From the NCBI RefSeq assembly GCF_006345805.1, contig NC_042997.1, positions 55,490,001 through 55,554,000 on the forward strand: DNA of 64,000 nucleotides, read 5' to 3'. The position numbers and the translations under genes were made by a program. Below the pieces are notes generated by a model, which was not told where the DNA came from, made no database searches, and worked only from the letters and a program-made list of their open reading frames with translations. This DNA comes from Octopus sinensis. Its lineage: Eukaryota. Positions 50,576-64,000 of this stretch are shown here, one piece after another. Numbering within the stretch: position 1 is the stretch's first letter; each line of letters starts with the position of its first letter.

Positions 50576-53500
50576 GTTAGCTTACAATTTTATTTATATA
50601 TTTGCGTGTCTATGTGTGTAAAGTGGAAGTGGGAATGTAGAGTGAAATAGTCACTCACTACAGAAAGTGAATTAGTTTCACTTTATTCGTTGCACACTGT
50701 GTGTGTGCGTTTGCGTGTGCTGTAAACCAGACTAAGAAAAGCATTTGACATACACACCAGAATGTGAGTTTTCTGTAAATTTTGCTTAATTGGAGTTTAA
50801 ATTTTAAAAACTGGACCTGGCATGACCCGATGCATTCTACTCTTAAAAATGCTAGGTAAATTGTAATTGAAGAAATCCTATATTGTAGATTTCTATAAGT
50901 GACAAAGGGAGGCAGATAAAATCTGCCTTTTATAATAAGAGATATGTACACACATTTTTTATAGTTTAATTTTTCTTAAAGAAACACTCAGTGCCCCTTC
51001 CTCCATCTCACTCACCCATCACCTATCAGCATTCAAAAAGCTAGAATCTCCCAATCTTTTATTTTTGCTGGTGTTTCCCGCATGCGTTGAATTATACTTA
51101 AATAGTAAACTTAAAAATACCAGACCACCACCAGAAAAGCCGTAATGCTAAAAACAGCAAGTAAACGACATTATTTCTGAAGAAATTTCCCCGTTTTCCA
51201 AAAAGCTAAAAATGAAACATTATGAGTGTGTGGCTTTTGGAAAGTGGTGATGTAATGGGTGAAAATCTTTAAAATTCGTACTCTCTGTTTTTCTCCATGT
51301 ATTACCAAGAATAAAAATGTTAAAAAAGTAAGAAATGAATGTGGTGTAGAAAAGGAGAAAATTAAAATATTAAGAACGTATTTTGTGGGTGAAATCTCCT
51401 GTATCGCAAATCGGAAGAAATTTAGGTAAAATAATAAGGTGGAGGCAGAAATGTTACCTTGGACATGCTAGAAATAGGAGATAAAGGACAAGATTTCTGG
51501 GAAAACTTCCTTTTAAGTTTGTATCAAAGATCAGGATTTTAAATATGCTCAACACAAATTACACAATAGAAAAAGATCGTTTCAATTGGATTTGAGCTGT
51601 AAATTTCCGCGTGCACACTGCAAGAAATAACATAATTCGCACAGACGTTTTACCTAGCGTGTGTGTATGTGTGTCAAAGGAATTTATTTTATGGCCTTCT
51701 TTCGTTTGAAGAAGCAAAGTTGTGAACTCGACATATATGTGATCATATGATTGTTCGTTGAATTCCTTAAGATTGTTTTAATTTCTATATGCTTTGAAGG
51801 GAGCAGAATTTGAATGAGAGGATAAAGTGAAAAGGTGACATTTGCTTTGAAGTGAGAGGAGAAAGTGTAAGGTGTACGTGTATATGAAATGGAAGTGTGT
51901 GAGAGAGAGAGATAGAGAAAGTGAGAGTGAGTGAGTGAAGGTGTGTGTTGTGATGTATGAATTTTTTGCATCTATGTGTAAGTGGCACTCCCTCACTCTT
52001 TCTCTCTCTGTCACACACACACACACATTATCTTTCATACACACGTACATAGCGGAGGAAAAGAATACGCACACCACCCGTTTTCGGCCTAACCCTAAAC
52101 CTAAACACCGGGAGTGCGTATTCTTTACATTCGCCCATAAATACATATGCATGCATCTTTTTTGTGCGTGAGAAAGTGAGAGAGAGAGAGAGAGTGTGTG
52201 TGTGTGTATATGTGTGCGTGTATGGGTGACTATTTCCTCATAACATATAGAAAATGGTTGTCATTTAATGCAATTCTTTTAGTTGTGGCTTATTTTAATA
52301 CAGTGTTTATGTGTACGTTTCATGACAAGAAGGATGAGTCTGTGAAACACGTTTAAGATTGTTATCTCGTACACGAATAAGAATATCATGATTTTCATGG
52401 GGAACACTAGCCATAAAAATGGCTACTTCATTAGATGTGGGTTCATTAAAACAGCGTAAAATGTTCTTTACTATAGTTTATTATAAACGTAAGGCACGCA
52501 GAAACACACTCATAGAATTTGATAATATTGACAACAGTAAAATATACACATACGAAGTTGAAGCGAAACGAAATGTAGTCAATATAGGTGCAAAAACATA
52601 CTTTCTTTAGCATAGTTATGTTATACAAAAATGGAATGTCACCAATTTACAAAAGTTGCTATGTGTCACCAATGTAACAAAGTACAGAACGTCAATATTT
52701 ATTTGGAATATGCACTAAATCTTATAAAATTCACGATTGAATAGCATGGGGAAAAAAGTGAAAGTCCAAGAAAATTCAGAAGGTATAATTCAATTTTTCC
52801 TACAGAAATAATTTATTTTACAATTTTGAAACGAATGCTGAACCAAGGAAGATGCTGTTGTTGCAACGTTAATTAAAAATATTTACTGAAGGATGCATGT
52901 AGCAAGATATAAATTAATTTGACATTACTACATATTTTTTTGATTGTGTAGAATAAACACTGACTAATGCAGTAAAAAGGTTGTGCGACGTTGATACAGT
53001 GATGAATAATATAAGGACTGTTAAGAAAATATTATCTTGAAACTGGTTAGAAGAAGTGGAATAACATTTCTGTAATTATATTGAAAGGGCTGCGGAGGCT
53101 ATCTACTTTGCCAGGTTTCCGGATGGGTTTTTTTTTTTTTTTCAGATATATTTGCGAGTATTGTGAATGGTGTTAAATCAGCCAAATCTTCATGTTGGTA
53201 GTACTTGAAAGCGAACGCTGTTGTTCGTTTAAAGTCCGGGCTGCAGCTAACCTTTCAATATCGGCGCATTTCACTGTCGGGCGGGAGAAAGTTACATAAA
53301 CTAAGACACACACGCATACATTAACGCACTCCTGAAGCCTAACTCTGTCCCTGTGTGTGTCAGTCGTCACAAAAATGTATGTATACTGACAGTGACATAT
53401 TGTCGGTCATCGGCCTAACGTAGGTAACGAATGCGCGAACACACTCATATAGAAAATGTGACGGCATTGTCGTTGTAGTGTTGATATAAAATGTTTACGA

Positions 53501-53855
53501 TAGGTGACTAAAAGAAAATGACAATGTTAAAGTTTTGTAATGCAAATATGTGAGGGAAAATATAGTTTAGCTTGTAGCCAAAAGCCTACTGAACCTTTTG
53601 ATACCCCATATATCAAAAGTGGCAACTCGGCTTTGGAATGCATAAGGAACATACGCACACACATATACACATACAAACTCTCTTTTATATATATGACATA
53701 TACATACATACATACATACATATATATATGTATATGTGTAAATATGTATATATGTATATATACGTGAATAATTAAATATATATATATGTGTATTATATGT
53801 ATAAATGTATATACATATGTACATACACACATACACACATACACACACACACACG

Positions 53856-53887
<32 letters not shown>

Positions 53888-54589
53888 CACGTGTGTATGT
53901 GTGTGTGTGTACACGATAGTATCGAATCATGGAGATGAGTGCTCAACATCACACTGAGGGGATAAACAGTGTGCACTTGTAGATTAACAAAAGTACCGAT
54001 GGTTTCATCCACAGTACTTGAAAGTACTTTACTCAAAATGCAGGGAAGCGCCTCCATTTATATAAAACTAGACGGAGTTACACGAAATAATGCAGACTTC
54101 AATTTGAATACACTGGTCAGGATTGAGTAACTTACGTAGATTTCCTCATCTTTATCTCACATGCATTGGCCTTGGATTTTTGTAGAATCTTGCGTTCACC
54201 ACACTTAATTCCTGAATTGCCTCATGTGAGAACGTTCATGAACACCTATATTTATGACTAAATATATGTACCCAATATGCGTTTAGCTGGACTTTGAACA
54301 TGTGCATCTTATTATTTATGAGGTTTCACTGGTTTCAAACGCAAATTAGCTCATGAAGTTGTAAGTTCTTGAAAATATTTATGACTTTATATACATATAT
54401 TTTTGTGAATTGTGTGATGTCATGAATATATGTTATGTGCATTTTATGCTTATCTGTATAGTTTAGAATTCCAGTATCAGTTCCTGAGAATATGCGTCTG
54501 TAATGCATATTGTACATGTAATCGATAACCAAACGTTTATGCAGGTTAGATAAAGTGGATGAGAAGTCATGCTTGAAATGTCGTTGTTT

Positions 54590-55470
54590 AAACAATTTTT
54601 TGCGCATGCATGGGGAAAAGGTTATTCCCTAATGTTCAAAATGTTCATTGTTGATGTTATGATATTTACATTCTGTGATGCAGAGGTTACATCTGCTGTC
54701 TTGTCCTCAATATTTTCTGGTCTTAGCTATAATGCTCAATTTATATAGGAGTTGTCTAAACTCCTTATTTTAAGGTTTCATCTCTAATGGATAAAGAAGT
54801 TGCATGCCTTTTGTTCTTATGTCTAAACGGAGTCAAGTGCTGCATGTATATTTCCAGTCATTCTAATGTAAATTGGAATGACTGGAAATAACATGTCAGT
54901 GATGTTGTACTTGTGCACTAATTCTTCTTCTAGGGTCAAATTGTTCAGGAGATAGTTATCAGGGAATTTATAATAACAATATCTATGAGGGGTGCTTCTA
55001 ATATTATCATACTTATTGTGATTGAAATTCAGCCATTATGTATTGAGAATGAAACTATAGCTAACTGTAACTGTATTTCTATTGAAAATCTTGTGATATT
55101 CATTTGAGTATGGGAAGTGGATATGTATGAGTTTCAGAGATTGTCTAGCTATAAGTATATGTGCCAATAATTTAGTATGTTTTTTCCATAAGCTGTCTGC
55201 AAGCAAAATGGCTCTTGTACTTCTGAAGTAGGAATGACAAATTTCAATGCAGTATTTAATTTATTGCAATTATTCTCATATAGGAGAGTTGTTGCTATAT
55301 CCTGTAATACATATGTCTACAGTTACATTACCCTTATCTGTTCATAGAACAATAATACAGTTGTGAAACTGTGAAGTCTTAATGACATTCCTTTATCCTC
55401 GGGAGATATTTACTTTTGGAGGTTTGTCCTCTATCCTCTAGTTGAATATGGAATCCTTCAGCAAAAAGTA
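54590..55470 (-). mobile_element. Penelope-like element remnant (post-RT region and GIY-YIG C-terminus)
   Basis: HFPYSNEYHKIFNRNTVTVSYS motif at ~55050-55120 and the terminal RCNLCITECK motif at ~54670-54700. Confidence 0.85.
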
Positions 55471-57344
55471 AATTTAAATAACCTAAAAATATAACACATA
55501 GTATCGTAGCATCCAAGCGTAGTAGGAAGGTAGATCGTATTCTTGCTTTATAGTTATAGTTTTCAGTTTCGAATTCACTGCCGAATTTTTAGTGACGCCA
55601 AACCTAACGATAAACATAAATATTTCATTTCTAATGAAGGTAATAGTCCGGAAAATTATTGTCGTATTAATTAATAGCTCACACCAGACATCAAATAACT
55701 TAGAAATAGTCAAGATAAAATTCTCATTAACTACTTATCACATTACCGTATTGAAAAGTCATTGAAATATTATGGCTATAACTTAGCCTGATGTAAGTAA
55801 CTTTATTAAAAAGTGTCGATTTAAAAGAGACTTTCCATCGAAGCACTTTGATTACATAAATTTTATTAAATATAAATCAATATTGATATGCTTAATTATA
55901 TAAGTTTTATCGAAATTTGATGAGTATTGATATTTCTAGGGAAGTTTAATTAGAAAATGTATTATTGAAACGCTTCTGTCATCATCGATTTTATCAATAT
56001 GTAATACATGAGATGGGTGATTGTAAGACGTGAGCCGAAAAGTAGAATATCAAACGATCACATTATTTCATAACAACTTTGAAAGAACGTGTTTTTGTTT
56101 CTAATTTCTTACTTGTTTACAACTGCTTATATACATACTATTCTAATAAAATTCTCGTTTCTGTTTCAACCGGTTTGTATTTCTAATACAAATTACATCT
56201 ACAATCATTACGTCTAATATGTTGCTCTGTGCAAAGTTTTATGATCTGAACGACTTCTCATTCTTTTCTCCACTTCAGTGCATTCCAGCCAGACTATTAT
56301 CTTTTATGGTGTAATGTGGAGATCAAGAGATTTGAACTCTCCTCAGCTCTTTCATTCCCCCTGAGTCTAATGTCTCTCGTGTGGCACAACATTAAAGTGC
56401 TATACATGTTTTGCAATATATTTCCATTTCTTCGGACATCAAGTCGTGTTCACTAAATATTGATCTCACATTCTCTTTCATCTCTTATCTACACACCAGA
56501 CATAGCTATATTATTGGTACATCTCCCAATAGACTGTAGCTGAAACCAACGAAATTTACCATTATGCTACAAACTAGAGATATATAGTAAGTCACAGATG
56601 TTTCTCTATATCTTTACCCTGATTTTCTGTTGGCATGTTTGAAAATCTCAAATACCAAACCCTGTTGGGCTGTTTATAATAAAATTTATCAATTGTAAAT
56701 ATAGCTTTTTGTTTTCTTTAACATAATTGTATTAGATCAAAGTCTATAATGAAAAATGATAACTTGAAGAGATAACCACAACTCATTGAAAAATATTTTC
56801 TTGTTAAAAAGCAACCGATAAAGAAAAACGCTACAGAAAGTTTTGGTATTAGTAACTATTAAAGTAGTAAGGATCTTCAACAATTTTCTTTAAAATCACA
56901 ATTAGTATAATAAATTAGTATAATAAATTATATGTATCACATATAAAGTATGATATATTGTATAACGATAAATCTGTATCGTAATTATATCATGATATGT
57001 CGGTTAGTGAATTCGATCGATATTATAAAAGGTCATCACTTCAATCGTAATATCTGTGTTTCCCTCATATCAAATGCTTAGTTTGTAAAAACAGGTTGAG
57101 TTCAAGATCGATCACCAAAAAGAAAATAAAGTTAAGTTGTTAACTTCAAGTAATTTCAATTACCTAGGGATTGTCTTTCGAAATTTTTCAATAAATATCA
57201 TAGCAATTCACTCAAGTAGTTAAATAATTCTTAGTGCAACAGAGACATGAAACTTATGTCATTTACAATAAATGATTCATCACTGAACTATTCGGTGACT
57301 AAATGAATAATGTAAAAAAAGTAACTGTCATGATTATAGAAATT

Positions 57345-57540
57345 GTATGTAATTTTGGTGTAAGGCCAACAGTTTTAGGGGTAAGGGTTATTCGATTACA
57401 ATACCTCCCAGTATTTGGCTGGAGTTTATTTTACTGACCCCCAAAAGACAAAATGCAAAGTTAGTGGGTGGATTTAAACAAGAAGAAATGCTGCTAAGCA
57501 TTTTGTACGACGCGCTAACGAGTCTGCCAGCTCAAGCATA
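57345..57540 (-). mobile_element. Old tRNA-SINE copy
   Basis: GCTAAGCATTTTGTACGACGCGCTAACGAGTCTGCCAGCTC is the reverse complement of the 776-family head. Confidence 0.7.
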
Positions 57541-57984
57541 AAATATGTAGTAATGCTTATCTCCAGCTAAAATCTAAATATTACTAATAAACTGAAGTCG
57601 TAAACTGAACTAGTTTGTTTAATTCTATATGTATATATTTGGGAATTCTTCCTCCATATTTAATTCGTATACTATAAAGATATACAACTTATAAATATTT
57701 CTATAGTAACAATACTTTAAATTTTAAAGAATGTTTATTTTGAAGAGCTTATTGAATTTGCTGACTACAGGTCTATGATACAGCAACCTTAAATGGTCTT
57801 ATCGGTCTGAGTTAAAGACAGAAAACAATTTGAATGTTTTTGTGCAAAAAATAACTAATCTAATTTTCTGATCAAGCTGCGGAGATCAAATACTAGACTA
57901 AATTTGGTCCTTTCCTATAAATAAATCTAGTCTTAAATGGAATTTCTTAATCTCGGACATGAATATTTTTGCAAAACGAATGTA

Positions 57985-58760
57985 TGATCCAATTATCCGT
58001 TTGAATAACCTTCATATTTTACTGTAAAACCTCGAGGATTTCGAAAAATGATTACAGCATCATGCAGCAACATACTACATAGAACAAATACTAAAGAAAC
58101 ACATTTCGAGCAGCTGTTCGATGAAACAATGACGAACAGACTGTTCCGAATGCGTGTATGACAGTAAGAGTCCCTCCATAAGTCAAACTGGTTGTATATA
58201 AAACGGTGGTGCACCTTGCTTTTTACCTATTACCGTAAAACATGGAAACTATACAGCAGACACAGAACGCAGTTCGATATCTACCTAAAAAGACTACAAT
58301 AGATGTGAAGGAGCAAATAGAAAGACTGAGTGAAAAGGATAAGACCCTGCTGCAAATAAAGAAAGCCTGCATCGAATAGATGGTAATCAAAGTACAACTG
58401 AAATAGGTGAAGCAACTGACATGCATGCGCCACGCCTGATTTACTAAGGTAATCATTTATTCCGAGTTTCATACACGCGAGCGATGATACGGAGATCAGA
58501 AAGGAGACATGGTTAAACGGTAAGAGATAAAATTCAAATTGGAAACTAGCGAAAGACTGTGCTGTCTGTACAATACATATAAGCGCACTGGCTACAAGTG
58601 ACAAACTGCCGAAGTTCGGGGTATGCTGCTGAAAACCAGCAAGAATTACCAACCGCCTTGACTACCATCTATGCGTCCCACGCATGTGGGAGAACAAGGA
58701 TACCGAATCAGTTTACACGAGTATAAACGGGCTTGCTATCGAATGACAGTACCCAAAGGA
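57985..58760 (+). mobile_element. RTE (BovB-like) LINE 3' fragment, decayed
   Basis: KLVVYKTVV, KTWKLYSRHRTQ, IE*MVIKVQL, YSEF and the terminal CPTCGRT..RISLHEY finger. Confidence 0.82.
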
Positions 58761-58833
58761 TCAATGCCAGAAATGATGGTCGGTTAATAAATATGTTTAG
58801 GAATGTGTCTGTATATATATACGTGTGAGTGTA

Positions 58834-58912
<79 letters not shown>

Positions 58913-59539
58913 ATATATTGTGTGTGAGTGTGTTTGTATAGATATGTGTGTGGGGGTGTAGCGACAAAGTGAAGAAGAGGATGAGAGACAAAAAGATAGA
59001 GATAGGAGGAGAAGCAGAATAATGACATAGGTAACAAGAGACGGACATACATAAAGAAATGAAGTTATGCAAACGCACCCGCCTTTACAATTCAACAGTT
59101 CGCTGAAAAGAACAAGAAACTGAATTAAAGAGTGTGAAGACAAATGAAGAAAAAAAAAATAAAGAAAGAGCAGCGTTGATGTACGAGCGTTTAGTTTCCA
59201 ATGCTCTTTTAGAGTTAGATGTGTCTTGAAATGCTCTTATTAAAAGTGTTCCCAATGTTATTTTTTCTTGTTCTTTTTTAACGTTTTTTTTTTCTTCTCT
59301 TCACTTGTTGCATATTTTCAAGAGCTTTTCCCCTAATTTATCCATCTATCGTTTTTCATTTTCATTTTCCAGCTTTCCTCCCTCTCCATTTCAGCTACCT
59401 TGGCTATCTTATTATTTATAAGCACACAAGAGGCTTGAACTTTGAGCATTATGTGCTTTATAGACTGAAGATGGCTGCTGCACATTTGCTTCATTTATAA
59501 CAGAGCAATGTACCATCTTGGGAGAGAGAGACTTACTAC

Positions 59540-59714
59540 ATGCGAAATCTATGTGTGTGTATATATATATATATATATATAATATATATATATACATACA
59601 TGTAAATATGCTTGTATGCATACACCTGCTTATATATATATATATATACATATACATATTTGTATATATGCATGCACAAATATATCCATACATATATATA
59701 TATATATGTATATA

Positions 59715-59768
<54 letters not shown>

Positions 59769-59770
59769 TT

Positions 59771-59867
<97 letters not shown>

Positions 59868-60155
59868 CACATACATATATATATATATATGTGTGTGTGT
59901 GTATGTATATATGCATACGTTTATGTATGTGTCTATGTATGATTGTATGTATGCATATATGTTTGGTCTTTTTGTCCTTAATCTTAGAATTTTGCATTAA
60001 CTTTTTGACTCATAGATTTTTACGATTCACCAAAGTAATACTGTTGCAGAAAATAGATGTTTATGCTTTTAGGATTTTTGCCAGTTTTTACTATTTCTAT
60101 GCTTTTTTATTATTATTACCATATATTATTATTATTATTATTGTCGTCGTTGTTG

Positions 60156-60198
<43 letters not shown>

Positions 60199-60848
60199 TT
60201 TTGTTGTTGATGTTATCCTGCTGAGTGCCAAGTTGGTCTGTAGAAAAGATGGTCGTTAATAACAGAAGCAAAACACCAAGTAAATTCCCTAACTTCACAA
60301 ATATACAGATACAACTCAATGCTCACGCACATACAAATGTACACACATGCACAAAATGCACACACACACACACACACACGCAACATACACATACACACAC
60401 AGAGTCATCCATAGATTCAATCATGTACAGGGACACTTATAAACGAGAAAACAGGATATCGTATATTGAAACAGAAGCATATGGACATTAAAAAGAAAAA
60501 AAAGGAAAAAGAAATGAAAATGATAAAGAATCACATATTCACAACTAGCCTTACATGCTTACACAATCTCTCTGAAATACAAAAATGCTCATCCATACAC
60601 GAAGAGACATACTCAGAGGTAATTGTACACACAGAAATATGCAATCACCGCCGACACATAAAACATTGTTACGCCCTGACTTACATCGACTCAGGCTCAC
60701 AGATGAACATATGAAAGCAGGGGCACATACACACATGTAAGCATATGTATGCATGCGTGCGTGTGTGTATGTGTGTGTGTGTGTAAATATATATATATAT
60801 ATATATATACATACACATGTTTATATGTATATATATGTATATGTATAA

Positions 60849-60890
<42 letters not shown>

Positions 60891-61153
60891 GCATATATGT
60901 TTATATGTATATATGTATATATATATATGTATGTATATATCTATATTATATATATATATATCATATGTATACATACATACATGCATACAGACGTATATAT
61001 ATATAGTTATGGGCATACAAATACGCATACACACTGGCACATATGCATATAAATACATAGATACATATGTACATACATACATACATACATATATACATAC
61101 ATGCATATATACATACATACATACATGCATACATACATACATACATACATACA

Positions 61154-61185
<32 letters not shown>

Positions 61186-61225
61186 CACATACATACATAT
61201 ATATACATACATGCATACATATATT
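59540..61225. repeat. Microsatellite field: (TA)n, (ATT)n, (CA)n, (TACA)n
   Basis: Read directly from the sequence. Confidence 0.95.
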
Positions 61226-61873
61226 GTGACTGTCGGTTCGCTATCGAATGTGACAGTCGTTTACCCTCTCTTTACTTATTAGATTAGTTCCTCCCCGTTA
61301 TGGCTCTTACGGTTAAGAAAACGTATGCCAGTATGGCATCGCTTCATATTCACCGACTGGAGTTGAGTTGAGGATACTAAGGCACAGGTTAGTGTATATC
61401 ACAACTGCTCCTACTTACACTACATCTCCCGTGTAGTCCCCATGAGCCAGGATCCCATAAGCCACGACATTGCGAAGGTAGTAGTAATTCACTGTCGCAA
61501 ACCTACCAGATATTCCGACTACCGCCGAAGAAAGGTACATCTGTTGTTGTCTGTTGATTCAAGAGGTTCGAGTAATTCCTAGTACTGCAAAAATTTGGAT
61601 ACAAAAATTACCAACATATCAAATGTTCTAGTAACAAACGTTAGTGCGATGTATGTACTGCCTCTAATTGTTTGAAGATATTAAACAAGCATCAGGTAAA
61701 AAAATAATTTAAGAAAAAAAAAAGAACAGAGAAAGAACGATACCCCAAAAAAATGAAATATGACAGGTTTCATGTAAGCGTGTCCTTTTCCTGTGTGGAT
61801 ATACAAACATACATACATATATGTTTATGCATACGTACATGTGTGTTCATATGTGTGTGTGTGTGTGTGAATT

Positions 61874-62238
61874 GCAATGACCCAGTGGTTAGGGCAGCGG
61901 ACTCGCGGTCGTTGGATCGCAGTTTCGATTCCCAGACCTGGTGTGGTGAGTGTTTATTGAGCGAAAACACCTAACAGCTCCGGCAGGGGATGGTGGCGAA
62001 CCCTGCTGTACTGTTTCATCACAACTTTCTCTCACTCTTTTTTCCTGTTTCTGTTGTACCTGTATTTTAAAGGGCCAGCCTTGCCACACACTGTGTCACT
62101 CTGAATCTCCCCGAGAATTACGATAAGGGTACACGTGTCTAAGGAGTACTCAGCCACTTGCACGTTAATTTCACGAGCAGGCTGTTCCGCTGATTGCCTC
62201 AACTGGAACCCTTGTGGTTGTAACCGATGGAGTGCCAA
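61874..62238 (+). mobile_element. tRNA-derived SINE of a third family
   Basis: A box CAGTGGTTAGGG, B box GTTTCGATTCC, 3' end GTAACCGATGGAGTGCCA before (TA)n. Confidence 0.85.
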
Positions 62239-62265
62239 GATATATATATATATATATATATATAT

Positions 62266-62383
62266 AAGTACTGGGCTTACAAAGAATAAGTCCCGGGGTC
62301 GATTTGCTCGACTAAAGGCGGTGCTCCAGCATGGCCGCAGTCAAATGACTGAAACAAGTAAAAGAGTAAAAGAGTAAAAGAGT
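62266..62383 (+). mobile_element. 5'-truncated CORE-type SINE tail
   Basis: GGCGGTGCTCCAGCATGGCCGCAGTCAAATGACTGAAACAA(GTAAAAGA)3, inside (TA)n. Confidence 0.92.
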
Positions 62384-62719
62384 ATATATATATATATATA
62401 TATAATTTACAAGGAAAGATGAGAGAAGTAGTTACCAGGGTAGCCAAATGTCACATAAGCACTTTAAGTTGTTACTAAGAAAACATACATGGGTAATAAT
62501 TCTAATAATTCCAAAGAGAAGTGAGACGTGTTTTGGAGAACATAAGAGAAATGGAATAATATTATTAATAATAATCACACCTTAAATAATAATATTAATA
62601 GAAATATTACAAGTGATTGTAATCCGAACAGAACATGTTTTCCTTCTCTTCCTCTCTCTTCTTACGAAGTCTAATTTCTTAACGGTATTTTTATAATTAC
62701 TAGCGTTCTCTATCCACCC

Positions 62720-64000
62720 TTTGTTTTGCTAGAACTTCTCAGTCTGGGCCCTAAATTTATCTTGAGCCAACAGCCAAATGAAAAAATCTTAATCGACCTG
62801 GAAGCCAACTTTTGTCGAACAGCCTGCCAACTCAAATGGCTATCGATGATAAAGAAGAAGAACAACAACACACTCGGCAAATTTCCCACGTACCAACTAG
62901 ACCACCCATTCCACTCACACTCAACCAACCAAGAACTTAACCACAAACTATCCAGATTGAAACAGTCTATCTCCAACATCTTAAGGAAGGAATCGAAAAT
63001 AAGTCCAAATTAACCAAGGCGCAACATAACACATTGACTAAAAAGCAAAAACCTTGTATAATTACCATCAGTTAAAGGAAAAGAAATCTGCATGATTTCT
63101 TGTGAAGTATATGATAGACTGGCACTAGAACATTTAAGCAATGACAGGCTATATTCTGAAGTGATAGATATAACTGCGACCAGGATTGAGGACCGAATTA
63201 ACACCGCATGGACGGACATCTGTAGACGCAGACAAATACATAATAAATTCAAGAACAACTTCATCATAGAGAACAGAAGATTACTCAGATTTTATCACCT
63301 CATTAAAACACACAAGAATAGCAACACGATCCAGATTAGACCCATCGTCTCCTGCGTGGAAGGCCTCTATATAAAATATCCTGGTTACTTTCTCACATCC
63401 TGAAACCCACACTCTCCACCTTTCCTGGACACGTCAAGAACTCCGACGAAGTGGTTTAGCAATCTTCCTAATGCTAAATTGCCTAGTGTGCAGAGTCCGC
63501 AAACATCGTACCTACTGATCAACGGTCGACCCTGACTTTCTTTACACTTGCTCAGCACCCCACCACTACCGATGACTCGAATGATTGAAACCTTGTAGTT
63601 CCTCACAACAAATATCTATTTTTAGTTTTATTCAAGTACGGAGTGACCAATTCACTTCTGGTTTTATATGGTTTTGTATCAAGATGAAAATTTTCAAGAA
63701 AGCGCTAAAACACGTTAGTTCAATTGATCGTCTTTTGAATATGTTGTTTCGGTATACGTTGCGCCGGTTAAGTGATAGAGTTCTTCTTGAGGATTACATA
63801 TGTGTGGTGTGGTTTTGTGAGGTTGTATACGTGGTGTCATTTGATTCAGCTATGCATGGAAAAGCCTTCAAGGTGTTTGGCCATCTCTCTGGCGGCCAGG
63901 TAATCACGACTGAGGCTGAGCAAATTAGCACGAAACTGAATCGGTCTAGCGATGCTGTCGTCTGCTGAAGGATGTTATGCGTTCGCTCCCCTCCTGGCAA
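62720..64000. mobile_element. Penelope-like element: RT N-terminal region on +, probable ORF 3' end on -
   Basis: Plus strand LLSLGPKF, LPSVKG, YDRLALEHLSNDRLY, RFYHLIKTHKNSNTIQIRPIVSC; minus 64000->63600 reads EMAKHL...YVILKK...QKTIN, resembling a GIY-YIG tail (weaker). Confidence 0.8.

Noticed and set aside
52085-52110. CCTAACCCTAAACCTAAAC telomere-like motif
   Set aside because: Only 2-3 degenerate units; not a telomere or a supportable element.
61874-61945. tRNA gene
   Set aside because: A and B boxes are present but there is no acceptor-stem closure, and it continues into a SINE body; the same applies to the other tRNA-like heads.

Overview
AT-rich, microsatellite-saturated eukaryotic DNA, most likely octopus (inferred from the SINE families and the density of (TA)n, (CA)n, (TACA)n, (TAGA)n and (AAT)n tracts; no database search was run). 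No host protein-coding gene can be supported. Nearly all listed ORFs are microsatellite read-through or pieces of decayed transposons: R4/Dong-like RLE LINEs, CR1, RTE, Penelope-like elements (PLEs), mariner, a Helitron carrying a PIF1-helicase fragment, several tRNA-SINEs and MITEs. The standout is a 4.2-kb array at 32231-36414 made of about 8.7 copies of a ~480-bp unit. Each complete unit carries a type I hammerhead ribozyme (7-bp helix I, CUGACGA/GAAA core, palindromic helix III, AUA cleavage site), which makes it a retrozyme-like element. The array is a divergent fold-back (about 3.25 copies one way, about 5.5 the other) set between two (TA)n tracts. Two smaller (TA)n-flanked inserts at 14.1 and 17.2 kb show the same divergent layout with hammerhead or hammerhead-like cores, which suggests a (TA)n-targeted, PLE-driven ribozyme retroelement system. 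R4-clade LINEs here appear to split by microsatellite, with one group in (AAT)n and another in (ACAT)n.
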